Below, one piece after another: positions 1 to 8,379 of a stretch of 59,919 nt of DNA. Each line of letters starts with the position of its first letter. Within the stretch, counting starts at the first letter, position 1. The stretch spans positions 1-59,919 of the forward strand of contig CAZWTX010000013.1 in NCBI GenBank assembly GCA_964637135.1. The letters run 5' to 3'. This DNA is from an uncultured Methanospirillum sp. (GTDB lineage Archaea > Halobacteriota > Methanomicrobia > Methanomicrobiales > Methanospirillaceae). Below the pieces are notes generated by a model. That model saw only the letters and a program-made list of their open reading frames with translations, searched no databases and had not been told where the DNA came from. A program made the translations under genes and the position numbers.

Positions 1-747
1 GGGGACCGGGCCTCTGATCTCATCGCACAAAACCCGGGAATGGCAGGCAGGTTTGCCATGGCCCTCTACAAGACCGGTGATTACTACCGGGCGAGGATTG
101 CTCTCTCTGTCTACCTTGATGAACTCAGGGAGAAAGCCCCGTTATTCAGGTATATCTTTCCGGTCAGGACATACCATGACCCCGGGCAGCTCATCGAAGA
201 AGAAGAGTACAACGCGGCAACCTACCTCATGGCTGTCAGCGGTTTTTCCGATGATGACGAAGGCAGGCAGGGGCAGATCTCCGGAACAATGATCCAGCAG
301 ATCCTCACCAGAAAACCGGATCATGCTTACGCCCATGCCGCCCTCTCGGTCAGGAAGATCATGGATAAGGATACTGCCGGTGCCATTGCCTCAATCGACC
401 AGGCTCTCGCCATAGAATCTGACAACCCCCGGTTCCAGGTTGCCAAGGCCTTCTTCCTGGCAAAAGAGAACCCCGAACAGGCGATGGCGATGATAGCAGG
501 AGTCCTCCATGAACACCCGGCCCACCAGGGTGCCCTCTTCGGCCAGATCCTCCTTCTCAACCAGGCTGGCCAAAGAGATGAAGCCATCAGGAACCTCCGC
601 CGGCTTGCAAAGAAATATCCTGAACTCCATGAGGCATTCAGGGATATGATCACCGGGGAAGGGAAACGACGGGAGCCGACCGAACTCCGCCACATATCAG
701 AAGTCACCGGAGAAGACGGGATCAAACGATACGTCCCTGATAAGTAA
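1..747 (+). CDS. Tetratricopeptide repeat protein, 5'-partial
   Basis: Frame open from base 1; TPR-like helices (AIASIDQALAIESDNP, EAIRNLRRLAKKYPE). Confidence 0.75.
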   Translation, partial: GDRASDLIAQNPGMAGRFAMALYKTGDYYRARIALSVYLDELREKAPLFRYIFPVRTYHDPGQLIEEEEYNAATYLMAVSGFSDDDEGRQGQISGTMIQQILTRKPDHAYAHAALSVRKIMDKDTAGAIASIDQALAIESDNPRFQVAKAFFLAKENPEQAMAMIAGVLHEHPAHQGALFGQILLLNQAGQRDEAIRNLRRLAKKYPELHEAFRDMITGEGKRREPTELRHISEVTGEDGIKRYVPDK

Positions 748-748
748 G

Positions 749-2089
749 TCAGGGTTCCGGCCGGCTGATCGCGAGGACAGTCAGGTCATCAGAGACCGCA
801 CCTGACCCGCCATAGGCAGTCGCGATTCCGGTCACCTCCCTGACGGTCTCCGCGGGGTCAGGGGGATCCATCGCAGCCAGTCCGGAGACCAGCCCGTCGA
901 GACCGAGCATTTCCCCCTCCTCCCCGCACTCGGTTACCCCGTCGGTGATCAGGATCAGTTCCTCTCCGTCAGCAAGGGTGAACGTATCCTCCCGGTAGGT
1001 ATTCTCCTCGAAGGTTCCTGCCGGGATATCTGCAAAGACCGGGACCAGTACCGCTCCCTGCCGGGACCGGATAACCGGCGGCAGGTGGCCGGCATTCGCA
1101 TATCTTACCTCCCAGGTACCGGTATTCACCACCCCGAAGAAGATCGTTACAAACTGGACCTCCCGCATGCTCCGGATCAGTCCCTGGTTCACGAACCCAA
1201 GAACCTCTGAGGGGGAGGAGGAATACTCGAGGGCATTTCTGATCAGGGTCACCGCCGATGCCATCACGAAGGCAGCACTCACTCCTTTCCCGGCGACATC
1301 ACCGATACAGAAGTAGAAGGAGGACTCGGATACCCGGCCGTAATCATAGAAGTCTCCCCCGACCTCTATCATCGGGATCAGCGTCGCAGCAACCCGTGCC
1401 TGGCCGGGATCGAGCGGTGCCTCCGGCAGGTACTGTTCCTGGATCTCCCTCGCTGCCTGGATCTGACCTTCCAGCCGGGCTGCCCGTGTCTGCTGTTCCT
1501 TATCGGAAAGAACATTCTGGAAGATGAACGTGAACAGGGCCATCCCGACGGCGATCACGAATACTTCCAGGAAAGCCAGGTCGATAGCAGGGAGTATCCG
1601 GGAGATGGCTTCAGGATAGAAGAGGATCTCCAACAGTTCGTCCATTCCGACCAGGAGAACGCCGAGAACAAGGGCAGGGATGACCCTGATCAGCCTTTTC
1701 CCGTTCAGGAGAAAGACGAGACCGCAGATGAATCCGTCCAGCAGTTCGGTCAGGATGACCACCGGGGCAGGACCTTGTCCGGAGAGGGTCTGCAGCCCCA
1801 TGCCGACCACAGCCGCCCCGGCTCCTGCGAGGGGACCGGCAAGAAGCCCGGCCATGATCGGGCCAATCTTGCGGATACTGATGAACATCTCATCGGTCTC
1901 TACCCCGCTGACAAACCCGAAGAAATACAGGATACCAAAAAGAACCGCGATAAACAGGATATACCGCGAGGTTCCGGTCGTGCCGGTGAAGAGGCGGTAC
2001 TGTTTCGTTCTCGTGAGGAGGTATGCCACCAGGCAGACGGTTGCCATCTTCTCGAGAAGGTCTCCGAGGAGAGTTGATTCTATCAGCAT
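749..2089 (-). CDS. Membrane sensor phosphatase: 5TM-5TMR_LYT-like domain plus SpoIIE/PP2C phosphatase
   Basis: N-terminal TM helices with SIRKIGPIMAGLLAGPLAG (LytS-type); PP2C motifs GGDFYD, GDVAGKG, NAGH, TDGVTE, DDLT. Start at 2089 is assumed because the scaffold gap lies just upstream. Confidence 0.85.
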   Translation of the reverse strand: MLIESTLLGDLLEKMATVCLVAYLLTRTKQYRLFTGTTGTSRYILFIAVLFGILYFFGFVSGVETDEMFISIRKIGPIMAGLLAGPLAGAGAAVVGMGLQTLSGQGPAPVVILTELLDGFICGLVFLLNGKRLIRVIPALVLGVLLVGMDELLEILFYPEAISRILPAIDLAFLEVFVIAVGMALFTFIFQNVLSDKEQQTRAARLEGQIQAAREIQEQYLPEAPLDPGQARVAATLIPMIEVGGDFYDYGRVSESSFYFCIGDVAGKGVSAAFVMASAVTLIRNALEYSSSPSEVLGFVNQGLIRSMREVQFVTIFFGVVNTGTWEVRYANAGHLPPVIRSRQGAVLVPVFADIPAGTFEENTYREDTFTLADGEELILITDGVTECGEEGEMLGLDGLVSGLAAMDPPDPAETVREVTGIATAYGGSGAVSDDLTVLAISRPEP

Positions 2090-2095
2090 AGAGGA

Positions 2096-2195
2096 NNNNN
2101 NNNNNNNNNNNNNNNNNNNNNNNNNNNNNNNNNNNNNNNNNNNNNNNNNNNNNNNNNNNNNNNNNNNNNNNNNNNNNNNNNNNNNNNNNNNNNNN
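2096..2195. other. Assembly gap (100 N)
   Basis: Run of N. Confidence 1.
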
Positions 2196-2501
2196 CAGAT
2201 TGCATGCCGGAAAATATGATGATACCCTATCGATCTCATGGCATCAGAACCGCAATCCCTGCAAGGATTCCAGCTGGAACCCCTGTTCTATCTGATTTTT
2301 TAATATCCCCTCCAATGGACTGATTCCCGGATTTCCGGCATTCACCGGGAGGTCTCCCTGAAGACCTTACAGACGGTCCGGCCGGTACCCTCGACATACT
2401 TTTGCACGGGTTTTCGGACATAATTTGGAATTTGGGAGAGATATCCGGGAAATTTAGGGAGTGAGACACCCCCTTTCGGATCCCCCCGGTCAATACTGGT
2501 A

Positions 2502-2521
2502 TGCCCCTCAGGTCAGGGGCA
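2502..2521 (+). promoter_or_regulatory. GC-rich hairpin abutting the RBS of the 2533 gene
   Basis: TGCCCCT-CAGGTC-AGGGGCA perfect 7-bp stem, followed directly by GGAG and ATG at 2533. Confidence 0.45.
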
Positions 2522-2532
2522 GGAGTCCCGCA

Positions 2533-3036
2533 ATGGGAGACTTTGTAACAACCGGAACCACCAAAGCAGCAGCGAGAGAACTTGCCGTTCCTATCGCTGA
2601 CATGAGCAGTTTTCAGAGCATCATCCAGAATATCCTGGACACAAATCCGTGGGGATGTACCCCATACCTGTCAGCCGGGATCAGCCAGCCGGGGGTTGCC
2701 CGGACAAAGGAGTCTTATTCCGGGAAGGTCGTCTACCAGGACGCAGAGGCCAAGGTGATCGGGACCGTCACGATCCGGGCACCGGCATCGGCTGCCTTCG
2801 GAACCTGTGTAAACGCCGTTCTTGCCGATACGGCACTTGAAACCGCCATGGGAGGAACAGCCGCCCATGACGCATCAGGGGACAAGTTCAATTCCACCCT
2901 CCGTTGCCATAGCCCGGACGGGGAACTCTACTACGTGACGTTCTCACGCGAAAGGGTACGGATATCCTCCTTTGAGTCAGATGATGTGAGAACCGGTCTT
3001 GAATCCTGGGCTGATACCATACCGGCACTGGCGTAA
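2533..3036 (+). CDS. Hypothetical protein (MGDFVTTGTTK...WADTIPALA), resembles a Methanomicrobiales conserved family
   Basis: GGAG RBS before ATG 2533; 167 aa; family resemblance is from recollection. Confidence 0.75.
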   Translation: MGDFVTTGTTKAAARELAVPIADMSSFQSIIQNILDTNPWGCTPYLSAGISQPGVARTKESYSGKVVYQDAEAKVIGTVTIRAPASAAFGTCVNAVLADTALETAMGGTAAHDASGDKFNSTLRCHSPDGELYYVTFSRERVRISSFESDDVRTGLESWADTIPALA

Positions 3037-3058
3037 AGCAGTCGGAATCGCCAGTATC

Positions 3059-3598
3059 CTGAAGGATCTCTCGATTCTTTGTGTTCTCGCCCTGGGAATC
3101 GGAACAGCCGGGCTGGTGCCTGCCGATCAGGTCTCTTCCTCCTGGGAGGCAGACGGCATGATCGCGGACCGGTGTATCCTCACTGAACCGGGTCATATCA
3201 TCTCAGGCAGCCTGCTCACCTCAGGTCAAGCCAGGATGGACCGGGATATTCCCGGCAGGTCGGTATCAGATCTCCTCGTGGTAACCGGTTCAGGGCCGGT
3301 TCTCATCGACCGGGAGGCAACCCATATGGAACCGGGCCGGGGAGGCGGATCGGCCTGTCTCTTCGGGAACGGATCAGGATACCCGGAATCCATTGGGGCA
3401 GGAATGTCAGGAATATTCAGAAACGGAACCGTCATCACCGGCTACGATCTCTCCCGGGGTCTGTCATCCCAGATCTCCTTCAACGGGTCAGGGATGATGA
3501 ATCTCCACCATGAGAGCGGATATAACCGGTCAGTGTCAGGACGAACCTTCCTCTCCGGGAATATATCAGGTATGGAATACCTCTTCTTCCCAGGATAA
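3059..3598 (+). CDS. Putative secreted hypothetical protein, start uncertain
   Basis: Signal-like segment (LSILCVLALGIGTAGLVPA) and beta-rich body; no ATG before the signal peptide; T-tract after the stop. Confidence 0.5.
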   Translation: MKDLSILCVLALGIGTAGLVPADQVSSSWEADGMIADRCILTEPGHIISGSLLTSGQARMDRDIPGRSVSDLLVVTGSGPVLIDREATHMEPGRGGGSACLFGNGSGYPESIGAGMSGIFRNGTVITGYDLSRGLSSQISFNGSGMMNLHHESGYNRSVSGRTFLSGNISGMEYLFFPG

Positions 3599-3675
3599 GG
3601 GAATCCCTTTTTTCAAACCAGCGGCGATCCAGGAAAAACGGGAGGTTTTTCCTCCCGGCATGAGAGTATTGTGGG

Positions 3676-4137
3676 ATGGTTCAGGAGAATATTGCCCTGG
3701 AAAAATTCAGTGTCATCGGGATCAGCATCAGGACATCAAACAAGGAGGCATTAACCGATCTCCCAAAGGTATGGGAGCGGTTCTTTTCTGAAGCGATCAT
3801 GGAGAAAATCCCCGGACGCCTGAATTCCGACATCATTGCTGTATATACCCAATATGAAGGAGATCATACGAACCCGTACACGTTCATTCTTGGCTGCGAG
3901 GTCAGTCAGACAGGACCCGTTCCCGAAGGAATGCAATCAGTGACCATTCCCCCTGCCCGGTATACCGTATTCCCGGTCACGGGAAGTATTCCCGGGGGAG
4001 TCGCGGAAACCTGGTACACGATCTGGAATGATTCGGTCGGGAAGAAACGGGCATACATTGCAGATTTTGAACGGTACCGGTTCTTGTCCGGAAATGCACA
4101 ACCCCCTGATGTGAAGATCTATATCGGAACCACCTGA
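3676..4137 (+). CDS. GyrI-like / AraC effector-binding domain protein
   Basis: VIGISIRTSN, YTQYEGD, VPEGM...IPPARY, W..IW, RAY..DFERY, KIYI pattern. Confidence 0.9.
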   Translation: MVQENIALEKFSVIGISIRTSNKEALTDLPKVWERFFSEAIMEKIPGRLNSDIIAVYTQYEGDHTNPYTFILGCEVSQTGPVPEGMQSVTIPPARYTVFPVTGSIPGGVAETWYTIWNDSVGKKRAYIADFERYRFLSGNAQPPDVKIYIGTT

Positions 4138-4689
4138 ACCCCCCGGGCAGGCAGGATCATCCTGCCTTTCATGATACGCTCTCCGGATCAATCTCCTGAC
4201 AGGAGAGTGGGTGTTTCCCGGATACACCCTCACCGGCTCGCGCCGCAGGAAATCTGCCCGGAATAAAAATTTTCATGACGACGACTGATTCCTTTTTGCA
4301 GGATAATATTCCTTCTGGCACGGGACGGGATAATCACCGGGATCAGGATCATGGTTAAAAAGAGGCCATCCGTGGCAAGCATTCCGGAAAAATTGGGCAT
4401 TATAGGATTAATTTTGGATTCAAGCGCCTTAATGCAGGTTTTTCTGTCATCAGAGAGGGTATCAGGAAGAACATGACTGATCTCTGAAGGGAAACACCCG
4501 CCAGGTTAATTAGGCCGGTTAATTTCAGATTTCGAGCCGGAGATATTGAGGCGGGAAGAACTATCCGGGAAATAGCCTTTATTTTGAATTTTAAGGAAAT
4601 GCTTCTATTTATTAGATCATATCTAATTCGAAACATATAAGGTTCAGAATACTCACCCATCTATTGTATCATTGGATGTGGGGTTATCC

Positions 4690-4974
4690 ATGAACATACG
4701 AGATCTCGTCATCATCATCGCAGGGCTTTTTTTCGCCCTGAACGTGATGAGTTTCTGTACCGTCGCCGGGAATCTCACAGACACCCGATCGCCTATCGAT
4801 GCGGAGGATTCTGGAGATACCGGACCGGTCAGTGAAGAAACCGGACGGGTGACAGAGGGTACGGATTTGCAGTCAGAACCGTATAACCTGATCATCGGAC
4901 TTGTCCTCCATGGCATGCATCATGCGGTGGAACACTCAATCGAGGATACAGACCCGGAAGCGGGCAATCCCTGA
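4690..4974 (+). CDS. Small secreted/membrane hypothetical protein
   Basis: Hydrophobic N-terminus followed by an acidic linker; AT-rich promoter-like region upstream. Confidence 0.5.
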   Translation: MNIRDLVIIIAGLFFALNVMSFCTVAGNLTDTRSPIDAEDSGDTGPVSEETGRVTEGTDLQSEPYNLIIGLVLHGMHHAVEHSIEDTDPEAGNP

Positions 4975-5230
4975 GAACACGGCTCTCCAACCATGGGGAG
5001 CATTGCAGACCTGGATCTGCATATCTTATTTTATCAGGTAACCGTCCCGTCAATCCTGGGAGTATGATACCTTCTCATGTTCTGGTATCCTGAAAACCGG
5101 ATGACTGATCACGAGCCGGAATGAGAATCCTGGTTGCCCGGATCGGTGAACCTTACCTTGGGGGCGATATATATAGATCATTTTATTGTTTCACGAAATA
5201 TATATCTCGGCATACCAACGGGGGAGTCCA

Positions 5231-8200
5231 ATGAGAAACGGGGGTAAATATTACCAGGGTATCCTGTTCTGTATCCTCTTATCAGTGTTCATCGTTCCAA
5301 TAACCGGGAGTCTTATTCCTGGTGAACCGGAATCAACCGGAATTTTTACCGGGATTGTTGAATCAGGAACAGATATAGCAGACATATCCGCCATTGCTGC
5401 CTGGAAAGAGAATCTAAGCGATACAGACCGGAAGATCTCGTCAGATCTGCTCATGCTCATCAGCAGCCCGGAGAACCTGCCGGCCGGTATGGATACCGGG
5501 AGCCTGAAATTATCATTGAAGGAAGATGGTGTTCTCGGATACTCATCCGGAGAGGAGGGTGTTTCCACAGGGTCTGTGGAGAACGTGTATGTATACATCA
5601 ATCTCTTCCCGGGGAATGCGACCACGATAGCCGACCCCCTGGTCACCTCGGTTGCTGCGAGAGACGAAGAGAACCATATCATGGCTGCCTGGGTTCCCCT
5701 GTCAAATATCACGGCTATCAGCCGGTTGCCAGAAGTCCGGCTGATCACCCCGGTTTATCCGGCCGTCACAAACACGGGATCCGTGACGTCCGAAGGGGAT
5801 GCTATCCATATGGCTGATCAGACCCGGGTGCTTCCCGGCGGGATCAACGGGACCGGGATCACGGTAGGGGTCATCTCAGACGGTGTTGACAGCCGGAACA
5901 GTTCGATTGCCACAGGAGATCTTCCGGCTGATTTCCGGGTGCTCTCCAATGATCAGGGAGGGGATGAAGGGACCGCAATGGGAGAGATCGTCTACGATCT
6001 CGCCCCGGGAAGCGATCTCATCTTTGCCGATATGGCATCAGATCAGATCTCCTTTGCCCGGCACATGAAAGATCTCTCTGAAGCCGGCTGCCAGGTCATC
6101 GTGGACGATATCTACTATCCTGATGAACCGGCCTTCGAGGACGGAATCATCGCACAGGCAGCTGATATCCTCTATTACCGGAACAACACTCTCATGGTCT
6201 CTTCCGCCGGAAACTATGCCCAGCGGCATTTCATCGGCAATTTCTCGCCTTTCAACGGGACGGACTGGATGGACTTCAGCAGCGTCGGTAATGCATCCTA
6301 TGCTCCGACACCTGAATACCCGTATCTCTATGTCAATATCCTGCCAGCCTATCAGACACGAATCGCCCTACAATGGAATGATAAATGGGGATATTCGGAG
6401 AATGATTACGATCTGTATCTTTATAATTGGGGAGGAGATCTCCTTGCATCGAGTGTAGATTTCCAGGACGGGTCTGGAAATCCGTTTGAATGCATCCGGT
6501 ACACGAATACCGGATCTTCAGCCATCGTCGGAGTAATTAAAGTACGGTTATATGACGGGGTGAACAGGACTATCGCCGTTGATACCTTTGGCGCCCCCAC
6601 TTACACCAATAACCGGGTGAATACTTCCTCTAGCTGGGGCCATTCCTGCTCGGCCGGAACCCTCGGGGCAGCTGCGATCCCGTATGATGCAATCACCACC
6701 ATTGAATCCTTCTCATCTCACGGTCCGCGGCCTATCTTCTTCCCGTTTCAGGAGGTACGGCAGAAACCGGATATCAGCGGAATTGATGGCGTGAAGATCA
6801 CCGGGGCCGGTGACTTTGGTTCCTATGACGGGACGAACTGGCGGTTCTATGGTACCAGTGCCGCAGCTCCGCATATCGCCGGGCTCGGGGCTCTCCTCTG
6901 GAGTGCAAACCCGTCCCTAACCGCAGCAGAAGTACGCAGCCTGCTCACCTCTTCTGCCGTGGACCTTGGTGAACCGGGATATGATCCTGTCTTCGGGCAT
7001 GGCCGGGCAGATGTCCTTGCCGCATACCGGCAGCTTACCGCTGCACCCCCGGTGGTCACCGGGATCGTTCCGGACCAGGGGACCGCCGGATCATCCGTTC
7101 CGTTCACCATCTCTGGAACAAATCTGAAGAGCCAGGCGGTGATCAATCTGACGAGAGATGGATCAGGAAAGATCACCACGATTGGGACCGTTTCAGGACC
7201 AGACCTCGTCGGAACCTTCGCCCTGCCCCCAGGAGCAGCCACCGGAGCCTGGAACGTAAGTGTGAACGAAGGAGGAGGCATGAGCAATGACAATATCCTC
7301 TTTACCGTCCGATCTCCCAATCTGACGGCAGATTTCACGGCTGAACCCCGGGGAGGAACAGCACCGCTCCTCGTCAATTTCACCGATCTCTCTACCGGAA
7401 GCCCGGCCACCTGGGCCTGGACATTCGGGGACGGGGGCATCTCCTCCCTGCAGCACCCGTCCCATCTCTATACCAGTCCCGGATTATTCACGGTCAACCT
7501 TACCGTGACCAATTCTCAGGGTTCTGACACGAAGGTCGCTGAGCGGTACATCTACGTCGGGTATTCCTTCACCAGGACCATCACGGCTACCGCCGGTCCG
7601 GGAGGAATCATCGTTCCGAACGGATCGGTTCGTGTACTTATCGGACAGGATCAGACCTTTGCGATCACTCCGGACGATGGATACACCATATCATCGGTGC
7701 TCGTGGACGGGACCGGGGTTGGGCCGGTCAGTTCCTATACCTTCAATCAGGTAAGCGAAGATCATACGATCTCCGCCGCCTTTACCCGGGGATATACCCT
7801 CGCTTCGTCCACTGACGCATTCGGGTATATCATACCGGAGGGCGTGGTAACGAAACCGGAGGGGTCAGACCAGACCTATGATATCCGGTCCCTCCCCGGA
7901 GCGGAGATCGCCCGGCTCACCGACAACGATACACCGGTACCCGTCCCGGCCGGATCCGCGGCATTCACCTATCCCATCAGTAATATCGTTGACAACCATA
8001 CCGTCACTGCCACAAACGACGCCAAAGAGGGCGTGATCCTCGCGGCATTCACTGTGAACAAGACCTCAGGCCCTGCTCCGCTGACCGTGCTTTTCAATGA
8101 TACCTCTGCCGGCGGACCTGACCAGTGGTACTGGACCTTCGGGGACGGATCATCTTCGACGGATCGGAACATGACCCATACGTACCAGGTTCCGGGCGTC

Positions 8201-8278
8201 TACGATGTCAGTCTCTGGATCAGAAGCAGCCAGGCCACCGGGAGTATTGAGAAACCCGGGCTGATCACGGCCTCATAA
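5231..8278 (+). CDS. Secreted S53-like subtilase (Glu in place of catalytic His) with Ig-like, PKD and bacterial-repeat domains
   Basis: Signal peptide; GVISDG, GDEGTAMGEIVYDLAPG, SSAGN, YGTSAAAPH; PKD motifs WTFGDG (x2); GGGGAG RBS before ATG 5231. Confidence 0.9.
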   Translation: MRNGGKYYQGILFCILLSVFIVPITGSLIPGEPESTGIFTGIVESGTDIADISAIAAWKENLSDTDRKISSDLLMLISSPENLPAGMDTGSLKLSLKEDGVLGYSSGEEGVSTGSVENVYVYINLFPGNATTIADPLVTSVAARDEENHIMAAWVPLSNITAISRLPEVRLITPVYPAVTNTGSVTSEGDAIHMADQTRVLPGGINGTGITVGVISDGVDSRNSSIATGDLPADFRVLSNDQGGDEGTAMGEIVYDLAPGSDLIFADMASDQISFARHMKDLSEAGCQVIVDDIYYPDEPAFEDGIIAQAADILYYRNNTLMVSSAGNYAQRHFIGNFSPFNGTDWMDFSSVGNASYAPTPEYPYLYVNILPAYQTRIALQWNDKWGYSENDYDLYLYNWGGDLLASSVDFQDGSGNPFECIRYTNTGSSAIVGVIKVRLYDGVNRTIAVDTFGAPTYTNNRVNTSSSWGHSCSAGTLGAAAIPYDAITTIESFSSHGPRPIFFPFQEVRQKPDISGIDGVKITGAGDFGSYDGTNWRFYGTSAAAPHIAGLGALLWSANPSLTAAEVRSLLTSSAVDLGEPGYDPVFGHGRADVLAAYRQLTAAPPVVTGIVPDQGTAGSSVPFTISGTNLKSQAVINLTRDGSGKITTIGTVSGPDLVGTFALPPGAATGAWNVSVNEGGGMSNDNILFTVRSPNLTADFTAEPRGGTAPLLVNFTDLSTGSPATWAWTFGDGGISSLQHPSHLYTSPGLFTVNLTVTNSQGSDTKVAERYIYVGYSFTRTITATAGPGGIIVPNGSVRVLIGQDQTFAITPDDGYTISSVLVDGTGVGPVSSYTFNQVSEDHTISAAFTRGYTLASSTDAFGYIIPEGVVTKPEGSDQTYDIRSLPGAEIARLTDNDTPVPVPAGSAAFTYPISNIVDNHTVTATNDAKEGVILAAFTVNKTSGPAPLTVLFNDTSAGGPDQWYWTFGDGSSSTDRNMTHTYQVPGVYDVSLWIRSSQATGSIEKPGLITAS
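7793..8278 (+). repeat. 486-nt C-terminal module, copy 1 of 4
   Basis: YTL.SS.DAFGYI to stop codon; colinear and gap-free with 11665, 15606 and 19511. Confidence 0.95.
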
Positions 8279-8379
8279 TCACTTTTTACGCCGCAGGAAA
8301 AAAGGCACACAAATATTCAATTGGTAAAATATATTTTATCGCCGTCTAAATCACACAAATATATGGAGTACGGGGAGTA

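Noticed and set aside
2090..2239. Extension of the phosphatase ORF to 2239
   Set aside because: It reads through the N gap, so the frame is arbitrary
4140..4680. Long intergenic region and the 86-aa minus-strand ORF (4400-4660) as ncRNA or gene
   Set aside because: AT-rich and promoter-like; I found no convincing stems or coding signal
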